A DNA stretch of 64,000 nucleotides from Actinomycetes bacterium (GCA_038246545.1 JBBRVW010000001.1:11473-75472); one strand, 5' to 3'. Counted from the first letter of the stretch, positions 47,779-57,222 are shown. The notes: generated by a model from the sequence alone, not told the origin. Numbers and translations: made by a program.

Positions 47779-48459
47779 ATGGCAGTGCGTCCGTCCGCGA
47801 GCTCGCGGGCCCTTCTCGCCGCCGTCGTGGTCGCGCTCCTGGCCTCGGCGGCCGGGATCGGCTGGCTGCTGCGGCCCGTCGACGTGCGGCCGCTCCCCGG
47901 CGTTCCCCGGGCAGCAGCGGCCTCGCCGGTACCGGTCGAGACCCCGACCCCGACGCCGTCCACCACGCCGACGCCGGCAGCCGAGGTCTGCGAGCAGCCG
48001 TCGCACCCGCTCCGTCCGCGCACGATCACCGTGCGCGGGGTCGCCCGCGAGGTGTCGGTGGTGACGCCGCCGCGCGAGGCGGACGGCGTGCCGGGCGCTC
48101 CCCCGCTGACCAGCGTCGGGAAGGCGGTGTTCGCCTGGGACCGGGACCAGGGCATCAGCCCCGGCGACCCGGCCGGCAACGTCCTGCTGAACGCGCACAC
48201 CTGGCCCGACGGCACGGCGCTGGGCAACCGGCTGCTCGCCGGACTGCACCGGGGCGACCGGATCGTCGTCTCGGGCGCCCAGCACTCGCTCTGCTACCGG
48301 GTGACCGAGCGGATCGAGGTGCTCGCCTCGGCCGGCCTGGCGCGCTACTACGCCACGGACGGCCCGCCCCAGCTGGCCATCGTCGTCTGCTCCGGGCGGC
48401 GCCTCGGTCCCGGCGTGTGGGAGAAGCGCACCGTCTGGTTCGCCGCTCCCTCCGCCTGA
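47779..48459 (+). CDS. class F sortase-like transpeptidase
   Basis: N-terminal transmembrane anchor and TP-rich linker, then ITVRG, LLNAHTWPDG, GDRIVVSG and LAIVVCSGRR (catalytic Cys). Confidence 0.7.
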   Translation: MAVRPSASSRALLAAVVVALLASAAGIGWLLRPVDVRPLPGVPRAAAASPVPVETPTPTPSTTPTPAAEVCEQPSHPLRPRTITVRGVAREVSVVTPPREADGVPGAPPLTSVGKAVFAWDRDQGISPGDPAGNVLLNAHTWPDGTALGNRLLAGLHRGDRIVVSGAQHSLCYRVTERIEVLASAGLARYYATDGPPQLAIVVCSGRRLGPGVWEKRTVWFAAPSA

Positions 48460-48551
48460 CCGGCCGGTCGCGCTCAGCCGATGGCGCCGGGAGGCCGGAA
48501 TGACCAGCCTCGACGAGGCGTCCGCGCCTCGACCGCACCGACCGACGCGGG

Positions 48552-49445
48552 TCAGCCGAGCAGCCGGCGCACCTCACGGGCGACGACGCCAGGGTGCTCC
48601 ATCTGCGAGACATGACCACTGTCGGGCAGCAGCACGAGCCGCGCGCCGGGGTAGGTGCGGGCCGCCCGGGCAGCCGTCCGGGGGTCGACCAGCCGGTCCT
48701 TGAGCCCGTACACGAGCAGCGTGGGCGCCTGCACCCGGCCGGCCAGCCGCCACAGCGGCCAGCGGTCCGGCCGGAGGTACGCCGACATCAGGCTGCGCAG
48801 CGAGCGGATCATCGCGTCGCCGTCGTGCTCGAGCCGGGCCCGCCGATCCGCCTCCTCGGTGGCCTCCGCCAGCCGGCGCTCGGGCACCCGGGAGGGGTCG
48901 GCCCAACAGAGCGCGAGGGTGGCGCGCACCCGCTGCTCGACGGGGTAGCGGCCCAGCCGGCGGGCGAGCCGCTGGCCGGCCCACGGCACGGCGAGCGCCG
49001 GCAGGTGGACGTTGGTGAGCCGGGGCCTCAGCACCGGCATCGCCGGTGAGACGAGGGTGAGGGTGCGCACCAGGTCGGGCCGGGTCGCGGCGAGGACGGT
49101 CGCGACCGTGCCGCCGAGGGAGTTGCCCAGGAGGTGCACCGGCTCGTCGCCGCCGGACTCGATCAGCTCGGTGATGGCCCGTACGTGGCCGCGCAGGGAG
49201 TAGTCGTCGTCGGCCGGCGGCGGCGACCAGCCGAAGCCAGGAAGGTCCGGGGCCTCCGCCTCGATGCGGTCGCGCAGCAGTGCCATGACGTCGGTCCAGT
49301 TGGTCGCCGCGCCCCCGAGCCCGTGCACCAGCACAGCTCGCTCCGCGCCACCGGCGGTGGCCGCGGCGGTACGGACGTGCAGGTTGCCGGACGGCAGCGC
49401 GACCTGGTGGCCGGGCCAGTGCGGGACCGGGTCCGCGGGGCTCAG
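48552..49445 (-). CDS. alpha/beta-hydrolase; the conserved N-terminus extends upstream of the first canonical start (probable CTG start overlapping the upstream stop)
   Basis: The track ORF starts at GTG 49334 (VLVHGLGG). The in-frame upstream sequence LSPADPVPHWPGHQVALPSGNLHVRTAAATAGGAERA is the usual pre-HG region of this fold and has no ATG/GTG/TTG. A CTG at 49445 overlaps the upstream TGA as CTGA. Confidence 0.65.
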   Translation of the reverse strand: MSPADPVPHWPGHQVALPSGNLHVRTAAATAGGAERAVLVHGLGGAATNWTDVMALLRDRIEAEAPDLPGFGWSPPPADDDYSLRGHVRAITELIESGGDEPVHLLGNSLGGTVATVLAATRPDLVRTLTLVSPAMPVLRPRLTNVHLPALAVPWAGQRLARRLGRYPVEQRVRATLALCWADPSRVPERRLAEATEEADRRARLEHDGDAMIRSLRSLMSAYLRPDRWPLWRLAGRVQAPTLLVYGLKDRLVDPRTAARAARTYPGARLVLLPDSGHVSQMEHPGVVAREVRRLLG

Positions 49446-50251
49446 CCCGCCACCTCGCCGAGCATCGGGCCGACCCGGCGGTTCACGGCCGCGAGGACCG
49501 CCCGGATGACCGCCTGGCGCGCGTCGTCGCGCACCACCGACGCACCCGAGAGGCGCTGGGTACCGCGGTCGGTCACCAGCGACAGCACGGCCAGAGCGGT
49601 CCGCTCCTCACCGGTGCTGGCGATCTCGACGTGCTCGACCGCGAAGCGCACCCGGTCGTCGACCATGGCCTCCACCGCGCGCAGCGTCGCCTCGGCGACC
49701 GACCGGTGCAGCGCGCCGCTGGTCGCGGCACCCTCGGCCTCACCCACCTCCGAGCGCTCTCCGGTCCGTAGCGTGACCGACACGGTGACGCCGAGGTGGG
49801 CCGACACGAGCTGCACGCGCTCGATGACCAGGCGTCCGGCGGCCGCGGCCGGGAACGGGCCGACGGCATCCGATGCGGGTTCCGGCTCCGTGGTCACGAT
49901 CACCTGCTCTGCGCCCGGCTGCCAGCCGTCGATCGAGGACGCGTCGTCGGGGACCGCCTCGCGGAGGTCGGTGAGCTCGTCCGCGACGCCCTGGCGGCCG
50001 CGCTCCGAGCCGCCGGTGTCGGCCGCCGGGGGCTGCTCGAGCACACGCACGCGGTCGGCGTCGACCGCCAGCCCGAACTGGCTGCGCAGCAGCCGGTTGA
50101 CCGCGCCCGCCACGTCGACCTCGTCGGCCCCGTGCGCCAGCTGCAGCCGCAGGGTGCCCGGTCCGCCCCGGTGCGGCTCGACGGCCGCGGCGGCGACGCC
50201 GGGCACCCCGAGCAGCGCCGCGACGAGGTCGCGGTGGTCGCTCACGGTCAA
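49442..50251 (-). CDS. conserved hypothetical protein (Ala/Val-rich)
   Basis: 269 aa track ORF ending in the CTGA junction with the hydrolase gene. Confidence 0.5.
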   Translation of the reverse strand: MTVSDHRDLVAALLGVPGVAAAAVEPHRGGPGTLRLQLAHGADEVDVAGAVNRLLRSQFGLAVDADRVRVLEQPPAADTGGSERGRQGVADELTDLREAVPDDASSIDGWQPGAEQVIVTTEPEPASDAVGPFPAAAAGRLVIERVQLVSAHLGVTVSVTLRTGERSEVGEAEGAATSGALHRSVAEATLRAVEAMVDDRVRFAVEHVEIASTGEERTALAVLSLVTDRGTQRLSGASVVRDDARQAVIRAVLAAVNRRVGPMLGEVAG

Positions 50252-50376
50252 CGAATGCCTCGCAGGTGACGGATCGGGGTCGGAACACCAGTGTCCCAGT
50301 GCGCGGCGCCGTACACACCCAACAGTGCCGACGGCGTGGCCGGCGTGGCACAGCGTGACCGGCGCAGGGTCAGGGT

Positions 50377-50571
50377 GTGACCGAGCGCGACGAACCCCTC
50401 GGCCCGGACGACATCAAGGTGCCCGAGGCCGACACCGTGGAGCAGCGGGCCGACGCCGTCGATCGGGACGAGGACACCGACCCGGCCGACCACGGCACCG
50501 CCGAGGCAGACCCCGCCGACGTGGCCGAGCTGTCCCGAGCCGTGGGCGTCGAGGACGACGAATACCGCTGA
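50377..50571 (+). CDS. small highly acidic protein (64 aa), hypothetical
   Basis: Track ORF, Asp/Glu-rich, weak SD. Confidence 0.3.
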   Translation: MTERDEPLGPDDIKVPEADTVEQRADAVDRDEDTDPADHGTAEADPADVAELSRAVGVEDDEYR

Positions 50572-50629
50572 CCGCACCGCTCCCGGCCTAGGGTGGGGCC
50601 CGCCAGACCCCGCCGACGAAGGAGCTGAC

Positions 50630-51259
50630 GTGCCGGCTGCCCCGGATGCGCGCACCCGCGGTGCCCGCCTCCCCCGGTCGGCGCGGCGGGAACAGCTGCT
50701 CGGGGCGGCGCAGGAGGTCTTCGTCGCCCAGGGGTACCACGCGGCCGCGATGGACGACATCGCCGACGCGGCGGGCGTGAGCAAGCCGGTGCTCTACCAG
50801 CACTTCCCGGGCAAGCTGGACCTCTACCTGGCGCTGCTGGACCAGCACACCGAGACCGTCGTCGCCGCGGTTCGCGCCGCACTCGACGCCACCACCGACA
50901 ACAAGCAGCGGGTCGCGGACTCGATCGAGGCGTACTTCCGCTTCGTCGACGAGGAGGGCGGCGCCTTCCGGCTGGTCTTCGAGTCCGACCTCGTCAACCA
51001 GCCGGAGGTGCGCGAGCGGGTCGAGGGCGTCACCCTGGCCTGCGCCGAAGCGATCGGGGAGGTGATCCGTGACGACGCCGGCCTGCCGAAGGAGCAGTCG
51101 TTGCTGCTCGCCGTCGGCCTCGTGGGCATGGCCCAGGTCGCCGCGCGCTTCTGGCTCGCGGCGGAAGGCACCATCCCGCGCGACGCGGCGGCCCGGCTGC
51201 TGGCCAGCCTGAGCTGGCGCGGCATCGGCGGCTTCCCCCGCACCGGCGAGCCGCACTGA
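50630..51259 (+). CDS. TetR-family transcriptional regulator
   Basis: N-terminal HTH REQLLGAAQEVFVAQGYHAAAMDDIADAAGVSKPVLYQHF. Confidence 0.85.
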   Translation: MPAAPDARTRGARLPRSARREQLLGAAQEVFVAQGYHAAAMDDIADAAGVSKPVLYQHFPGKLDLYLALLDQHTETVVAAVRAALDATTDNKQRVADSIEAYFRFVDEEGGAFRLVFESDLVNQPEVRERVEGVTLACAEAIGEVIRDDAGLPKEQSLLLAVGLVGMAQVAARFWLAAEGTIPRDAAARLLASLSWRGIGGFPRTGEPH

Positions 51260-51370
51260 CGCTGTCCCGATGGGCCGGGCGGATCCGGCCGCCCGCGCCG
51301 ATGACGCCGACGGCGAACACGAGCGCCCCGGCCGCTGACCGGCGCGGTGTCGCACTAGGCTCCTTCCGAC

Positions 51371-51631
51371 ATGGCACGCAGACGACGGATCCCGGAGGTC
51401 CCCGTGGAGGTCAGGATCGGCGTGCAGCACGCGCCCCGCGAGCTCGTGGTGGAGAGCGCGGAGACCGCCGAGGCCGTGCTGGAGGCCGTCCAGGCAGCCG
51501 TGGCCGGGAAGTCCGCCGTCCTCGCCCTCACCGACGAGCGCGGCCGCCAGGTGCTGGTCCCGGCCGACAAGCTGGCCTTCGTCGAGATCGGCGCGCCCGA
51601 GTCGCGTCGCGTCGGCTTCGGCGCCGTCTAG
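51371..51631 (+). CDS. DUF3107-family small protein
   Basis: VEVRIGVQHAPRELVVESAETAEAVLEAV...VLALTDERGRQVLVPADKLAFVEIG. This family typically sits next to a DEAD-box helicase gene. Confidence 0.75.
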   Translation: MARRRRIPEVPVEVRIGVQHAPRELVVESAETAEAVLEAVQAAVAGKSAVLALTDERGRQVLVPADKLAFVEIGAPESRRVGFGAV

Positions 51632-51661
51632 GCCCAGCCCAGCCGCCGGGTCGCCGCTCGG

Positions 51662-52396
51662 TTACGACGACAGGCCGAGCGTCGCCATCCGCTCGGTGTG
51701 GTTCTCGGTGAGCCGCGCGAACATCCGGCCGACCTCGGCGAGGTCGGCCCCCCGGTGCGCCATGCCGCCGACCAGCAGCGCCGCCAGCGCGTCGCGCTCG
51801 GCCGCCACCCGCTGGGCCTGGCTCAGCGCCTCGCCCACCAGTCGGCGTCCCCACAGGGCCAGCCGACCGGCCAGCCGCGGCTCGGCCTCGATGGCGGCCC
51901 GGACCCGGTCGACCGCGAAGGTCGAGTGTCCGGTGTCCTCGAGGACCTTGAGCACCAGGTCGCGGGTCGAGTCGTCGAGGTACGCCGAGATCTCGCGGTA
52001 GAAGTCCTCGGCGATGCCGTCGCCGACGTAGGCCTTGACCAGCCCCTCGAGCCAGTCGCCCGGCGCGGTCCGCTCGTGGAAGGCCTCGAGGGCCGGCATG
52101 AACGGCTGCATCGCGTCCTCGGGAGCCACCCCGAGGTCCACCAGCCGGTCGCGGAGGAGGACGAAGTGGCCGTACTCCGCGACGGCCATCGCGGCGAGCG
52201 CGGCCTTGTCGACGAGGGTCGGCGCGAACGACGCGTCGTCCGCGAGCCGCTCGAACGCGGTCAGCTCGCCGTAGGCCAGGGCCCCGAGCAGGTCGACCAC
52301 GGCCAGCCGGTACTCCTCGTCGGCGAGCGGGTCGGGCGTCCCCGACGAGGCGGACGCAGTCGGGCTCTCGGTCGGTTTGTCCTCGGGCGCGCTCAC
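51662..52396 (-). CDS. ferritin-like (four-helix-bundle) domain protein
   Basis: Paired EExxR/ExxH-like helices (DEEYRLAVVDLLGALAYGELTAFE..., AEYGHFVLL...). Start chosen at GTG (VSAPEDKP). Confidence 0.6.
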   Translation of the reverse strand: MSAPEDKPTESPTASASSGTPDPLADEEYRLAVVDLLGALAYGELTAFERLADDASFAPTLVDKAALAAMAVAEYGHFVLLRDRLVDLGVAPEDAMQPFMPALEAFHERTAPGDWLEGLVKAYVGDGIAEDFYREISAYLDDSTRDLVLKVLEDTGHSTFAVDRVRAAIEAEPRLAGRLALWGRRLVGEALSQAQRVAAERDALAALLVGGMAHRGADLAEVGRMFARLTENHTERMATLGLSS

Positions 52397-52568
52397 GGCC
52401 GTGAGCGTACCGAGGGGTAGGGTGGCCGCAATATCACGGATGCCCGGTCGCCCGATGAACCGATCGGCTCCGACCGAACGTCCCGCCGAGCGGCCCGCCG
52501 TCACCAGCTGACGGCGTGCGGCCAGCCGACACCACGTCCGCGCGGGACCGTCCCAGAAGGGCTCCGTC

Positions 52569-54242
52569 CTGAACACCCAGTCATTCGCCGAGCTCGGCGT
52601 CATCCCGGCCACGGTCGAGGCGCTCGAAGCTGTCGGCATCACGCACCCGTTCCCCATCCAGGCGCTCACGCTGCCGGTCGCGCTGCACGGCCACGACATC
52701 ATCGGTCAGGCCAAGACCGGCACCGGCAAGACCCTCGGCTTCGGCATCCCGCTGCTCCAGCGGGTCGTCGCACAGGACGAGGAGCAGGACGCCGACGCGC
52801 CCGTGGTGGTCGAGCGCGGCAAGCCGCAGGCGCTGGTCGTCGTGCCCACCCGCGAGCTGTGCGTGCAGGTCACCGAGGACCTCGAGAAGGCGGCCGCCCG
52901 CCGCGAGATCCGCATCCTGTCGATCTACGGCGGCCGTGCGTACGAGCCGCAGGTCGAGCGGCTGAAGAAGGGGATCGAGGTGGTCGTCGGCACACCGGGC
53001 CGGCTCATCGACCTCGCCCAGCAGGGTCACCTCGACCTCGGCCACGTCCGCACCCTGGTGCTCGACGAGGCCGACGAGATGCTCGACCTCGGCTTCCTGC
53101 CCGACGTGGAGAAGATCGTGCGGCAGGTGCCGGCCGGCCGGCAGACGATGTTGTTCTCGGCCACCATGCCGGGCGCGATCATCACATTGGCGCGCGCATA
53201 CATGCACCACCCCACGCACATCCGTGCCGTCGACCCCGACGACGACGGCCAGACCGTCAAGGCGGTCGAGCAGCACGTCTTCCGCGCGCACGCCATGGAC
53301 AAGGTCGAGATGCTCGCGCGCATCCTGCAGTCCGAGGGTCGAGGTCTGACCCTGGTGTTCTGCCGCACCAAGCGCACCGCGGCCAAGGTCGCCGACGAGC
53401 TGGCGGCCCGCGGCTTCGCCTCCGGCGCCGTTCACGGCGACCTCGGCCAGGGCGCCCGCGAGCAGGCGCTCCGGGCGTTCCGCAACGGCAAGGTCGACGT
53501 CCTCGTCGCCACCGACGTGGCGGCACGAGGCATCGACGTGCAGGACATCACCCACGTCGTGAACTACCAGTGCCCCGAGGACGAGAAGACCTACCTGCAC
53601 CGCATCGGCCGGACCGCGCGGGCCGGGGCGAAGGGCATCGCAATCACCTTCGTCGACTGGGACGACATGCCCCGGTGGGGCCTCATCGACAAGGCGCTGG
53701 ACCTGGGCTTCGGCGAGCCGGAGGAGACCTACTCCAGCTCCGACCACTTCTACGACGAGCTCGACATCCCGAAGCACGTCACGGGCACGCTGCCGCGCGC
53801 TCAGCGCACCCGGGCCGGCCTCGACGCGGAGGCCGTCGAGGACCTCGGCGAGACCGGCCGCGCGGGTGGCGCGCGGGCGCGTACCGGCGGGCGCGGCGGC
53901 GACCGCCCCACGGGTGGCACCGGTGGCCGCGGTGGTGCCGGTGGTCGCGGTTCCTCCGCCCCCCGCGAGGCGCGGGAGCCCCGTGAGCCCCGTGAGCCGC
54001 GGGAGCACGGCTCCGACGAGACCACCGATCGCCCGGCCGCGCGGCGACGCAGCCGCAGCCGGACCCGGGCCGGTCAGCCGGCCGAGGGTTCCGACGGCGT
54101 CACCGGCCCCGCCGCCGCCGAGTCCGGCGAGGGCTCGGGCGACCCCGCCAAGCGGCGCCGCCGGCGCAGCCGCGGGGGGCGGGGGTCCGGCGGTGCCACG
54201 GCCGCCGAGGGCGGGAGCACCGGCTCGGCCGCCGAGGACTGA
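52569..54242 (+). CDS. rhlE: DEAD-box ATP-dependent RNA helicase (RhlE-like) with an Arg/Gly-rich C-terminal tail
   Basis: F-x26-Q, AKTGTGKT, PTRELC, DEAD and SAT motifs. The Q motif and motif I lie upstream of the first ATG/GTG/TTG (track start 52803). No canonical start exists between the in-frame stop at 52509 and 52803, so a CTG at 52569 is proposed (AAGGGC, 6 nt, CTG-AAC-ACC-CAG-TCA-TTC-GCC-GAG-CTC-GGC, i.e. MNTQSFAELG). Confidence 0.8.
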   Translation: MNTQSFAELGVIPATVEALEAVGITHPFPIQALTLPVALHGHDIIGQAKTGTGKTLGFGIPLLQRVVAQDEEQDADAPVVVERGKPQALVVVPTRELCVQVTEDLEKAAARREIRILSIYGGRAYEPQVERLKKGIEVVVGTPGRLIDLAQQGHLDLGHVRTLVLDEADEMLDLGFLPDVEKIVRQVPAGRQTMLFSATMPGAIITLARAYMHHPTHIRAVDPDDDGQTVKAVEQHVFRAHAMDKVEMLARILQSEGRGLTLVFCRTKRTAAKVADELAARGFASGAVHGDLGQGAREQALRAFRNGKVDVLVATDVAARGIDVQDITHVVNYQCPEDEKTYLHRIGRTARAGAKGIAITFVDWDDMPRWGLIDKALDLGFGEPEETYSSSDHFYDELDIPKHVTGTLPRAQRTRAGLDAEAVEDLGETGRAGGARARTGGRGGDRPTGGTGGRGGAGGRGSSAPREAREPREPREPREHGSDETTDRPAARRRSRSRTRAGQPAEGSDGVTGPAAAESGEGSGDPAKRRRRRSRGGRGSGGATAAEGGSTGSAAED

Positions 54243-54247
54243 GCCGC

Positions 54248-54448
54248 GTGAGCGAGGACCTCGAAGCCCTGCGCCGCTGGGAGATCGGTGGTGCGGCCTG
54301 GCGGGTCCTCGCGCGCGGGCCCGGCCACCCGGGCTTCCTCGACGTCGCACTGCTCACCTGCGACGCCGGGGAGCAGGCCGGCCGGCTCTTGACCTCGGAG
54401 CCCGACGTCCTCGCGTACGTCGGCGACCGCACCCGTAGCGACGAGTGA
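54248..54448 (+). CDS. small conserved hypothetical protein (66 aa) immediately after the helicase
   Basis: Track ORF MSEDLEALRRWEIGGAAWRVL...; GTG start 6 nt after the helicase stop. Confidence 0.45.
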   Translation: MSEDLEALRRWEIGGAAWRVLARGPGHPGFLDVALLTCDAGEQAGRLLTSEPDVLAYVGDRTRSDE

Positions 54449-54475
54449 CCCACCGTCCGGGCCGCCGGTGCGGGC

Positions 54476-54802
54476 TCAGAGGGTGATGACGACCTTCACC
54501 CAGGTGCGCTTGCCGCACGCCGGGCAGCGCATCCACGACGGGTGGTCGCGCCGGAGCAGCGGCAGGTGCACCGACGGCAGCGCCAGCGTCGCCAGCCGCC
54601 GCGGGCTCACCGTCGTCGTCTGCTCGCAGTCGGAGCAGGTGACCGTCACCGCACCGGGGGCCGGCGGCTGCTCGGAGACGCTGTAGAGCGCGCTGCGGCC
54701 CTGCGGGTCCGGCCTGGCCGATGCCGCACCGGCCGGACCCGTCGACGTGCCGGCACCGCTGCCGCGCCTGCGCAGCCGGTCGAACCCCTCGGGCGTGCTC
54801 AC
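54476..54802 (-). CDS. small zinc-ribbon protein coupled to the ParA gene
   Basis: The GTG overlaps the ParA stop (GTGA). C-terminus reads VTVTCSDCEQ...WMRCPACGKRTWVKVVITL. Confidence 0.5.
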   Translation of the reverse strand: MSTPEGFDRLRRRGSGAGTSTGPAGAASARPDPQGRSALYSVSEQPPAPGAVTVTCSDCEQTTTVSPRRLATLALPSVHLPLLRRDHPSWMRCPACGKRTWVKVVITL

Positions 54803-55560
54803 CCGAACAGCCCTGCAGCCAGCTCGCGGTAGGCCTCGGCGCCACGGGTGCGCCGCGCCGTCCCGAGCACCGACCGCCCGGCGGCCGGTGCCTCGGCGAA
54901 CCGCACGGACCTGGGGATCGGCGGCTCGAGCACGGCCAGACCGTACCGGTCGGAGACGTCGGCGAGCACCGCCCGCGCGTGGTTGGTGCGGCCGTCGAAC
55001 ATCGTCGGCAGCACCCCGAGGACCTTCAGGCCGGGGTTGAGGATCCGTTGTACGTCGGCGACGGTGTCGAGCAGCTGCCCGACCCCGCGGTGGCTGAGCA
55101 TCTCGCACTGCAGCGGGATGATCAGCTCGTCGGCGGCCGTGAGGGCGTTGAGGGTCAGGACGCCGAGCGAGGGCGAGCAGTCGAGCAGGATCACGTCGTA
55201 GGCCGGCGACACCTCCTCGAGCGCGGTGCGCAGGACGAACTCGCGACCGGGCCGGCTCATCAGCTGCGCCTCGGTGCCGGCCAGCTCGATCGTGGCCGGC
55301 AGCAGGTCGACCCCGTCCTCGGTCGGCTGGATCGCCATCGATGCGCCGACGCGGCCGAGCAGCACGTCGTGGACGGACAGCTCGACGGCGTCCGGGTCGA
55401 GGCCGAGGGAGAAGGTCAGGCAGGACTGGGCGTCGAGGTCGACGAGGAGCACCTTGCGGCCCTGCTCGGCGAGCGCGGAGCCCAGCGAGGCCACGGTGGT
55501 GGTCTTGGCCACGCCGCCCTTCTGGTTGGCGACGGCGACGGTCCGGCTCACGGGCGCCAT
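54799..55560 (-). CDS. orphan ParA/MinD-family ATPase
   Basis: Deviant Walker A VANQKGGVAKTTT; DLDAQ; LLDCSP. Confidence 0.85.
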   Translation of the reverse strand: MAPVSRTVAVANQKGGVAKTTTVASLGSALAEQGRKVLLVDLDAQSCLTFSLGLDPDAVELSVHDVLLGRVGASMAIQPTEDGVDLLPATIELAGTEAQLMSRPGREFVLRTALEEVSPAYDVILLDCSPSLGVLTLNALTAADELIIPLQCEMLSHRGVGQLLDTVADVQRILNPGLKVLGVLPTMFDGRTNHARAVLADVSDRYGLAVLEPPIPRSVRFAEAPAAGRSVLGTARRTRGAEAYRELAAGLFG

Positions 55561-55614
55561 TGTGCCTGTCCCGGACGGGCGCGTGTCACGGGCAGTTGGG
55601 TAGCGTTCCGGCTG

Positions 55615-56478
55615 ATGAGCAGACCGCCGTTCCTCGCCCTGCCCGACGGCGTGCGCGCCACCTCGGTGCCTACACCCCGCGGACCTCTCGCCGCGCTGGT
55701 GGCGGAAGCCCGCCCCGGGGGCGGCAGCTCGATGACGAGACCGCCGGTCCTGCTCGTCCCGGGCTACACCGGGTCGAAGGAGGACTTCATCGCCGTGCTG
55801 GCCCCGATCGCCGCCGCCGGCCACCCTGTGGTCGCCCTCGACCAGCGCGGCCAGTTCGAGTCCGTCGGCGACGACGAGCCCACGTCGTACGACGTGAAGA
55901 TGCTGGCCGAGGACGTGCTCGCCGTGCTCGGCACGCTGGACGGGCCGGCCCACCTGGTGGGGCACTCCTTCGGCGGGCTGGTCGCCCGTGCCGCGGCACT
56001 CGCGGGGCCCGAGGCGATCACCTCGCTGACCTTGATGGGCTCCGGCCCGGCCTCGATCCCGGCGCCCGCTGACGCGGGCGTGGCCCTGCTCGTGCAGGCC
56101 GTGCCGGTGATGGACCTGGAGACGATCTGGGTGGCGAAGCGGCAGCTGGAGAGGCAGACCGAGCTGCTCGCGCCCACGCCCGAGGTCGAGGAGTGGATGC
56201 ACCGGCGGTTCGTCAGCAACCACCCCGCGTCGATGCTCCGGATGGCCGAGCAGCTCTTGACCGCCGTCGACAGCACGGACGAGCTCGCCGCCCTCGGCCT
56301 GCCCGTGCTCGTGCTGTTCGGGGACCGCGACGACGTGTGGCCGCCGGTGCTCCAGGCCGCGACGGCGCAGCGGCTGGGCGCGCGCGTCGCGGCCCTGCCC
56401 GGCATCGGCCACTCCCCCGCCGCCGACGCGCCGGAGTCGACCGTCGCTGCCCTGCTGGCGTTCTGGGCGTCGGTGTGA
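55615..56478 (+). CDS. alpha/beta-hydrolase fold protein
   Basis: LLVPGYTGS, GHSFGG, LFGDRDD. Confidence 0.8.
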   Translation: MSRPPFLALPDGVRATSVPTPRGPLAALVAEARPGGGSSMTRPPVLLVPGYTGSKEDFIAVLAPIAAAGHPVVALDQRGQFESVGDDEPTSYDVKMLAEDVLAVLGTLDGPAHLVGHSFGGLVARAAALAGPEAITSLTLMGSGPASIPAPADAGVALLVQAVPVMDLETIWVAKRQLERQTELLAPTPEVEEWMHRRFVSNHPASMLRMAEQLLTAVDSTDELAALGLPVLVLFGDRDDVWPPVLQAATAQRLGARVAALPGIGHSPAADAPESTVAALLAFWASV

Positions 56479-56610
56479 GGTCCACGCCCCGCTGACCCGC
56501 CGAGCTCACGCCCGGCCTACCGCGGCGTTCCTGGCCCGACCGCGGCCTGCACGCCACGGTTGAGCCGAGTTGATCACGGGACCGTGATCAACTCGGGCTG
56601 CAGGTGACGG

Positions 56611-57222
56611 TCAGGCGTTCTTCACCATCGCCCTGATGCCGTCGGCCACCAGCTGCACCGCGATCGCGGACAGCAGCAGGCCGGCGATGCGGGTGACGAG
56701 GGTGACGCCGCTGTCCTTGATGACGCGGATGATGACCACCGAGAACCGCATGAACAGCCACAGCACCACGTGCACCGCGACGATGCCGAGAGCCACGGCG
56801 AGGGCCGAGCCGAGGTCGTCGACCCGCTTGACGAAGACGATGGTGGCGACGATCGCACCCGGTCCCGCCAGCAGCGGTGTCCCGAGCGGCACCAGCGCCA
56901 CGTTGACGTTCTGGGTCTCGGTCGGTTCGTCGCCCTTGCCGGTCAGCAGCTCGAGCGCGACCAGGAGCAGCAGCAGTCCGCCGGCGACCTGCATCGAGGA
57001 CAGCGTGATGCCGAGGTAGTCGAGGATCTGCTGGCCGAACAACGCGAACACCGTGATGACGAAGAAGGCGACGATCACCGCCTGACCGGCCAGCCGCTTG
57101 CGCATCGCGTGGCTGCGCCCGCTGGTGAGGCTGAGGAACAACGGCACGGTGCCGGGCGGGTCCATGATCACGAAGAGCGTGACGAAGACCTCGACGAGGA
57201 ACTTGAGGTCGGCGCCGCTCAT
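56611..57222 (-). CDS. MarC-family (UPF0056) integral membrane protein
   Basis: FVIMDPPGTVPLFLSL and six transmembrane segments. Confidence 0.8.
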   Translation of the reverse strand: MSGADLKFLVEVFVTLFVIMDPPGTVPLFLSLTSGRSHAMRKRLAGQAVIVAFFVITVFALFGQQILDYLGITLSSMQVAGGLLLLLVALELLTGKGDEPTETQNVNVALVPLGTPLLAGPGAIVATIVFVKRVDDLGSALAVALGIVAVHVVLWLFMRFSVVIIRVIKDSGVTLVTRIAGLLLSAIAVQLVADGIRAMVKNA

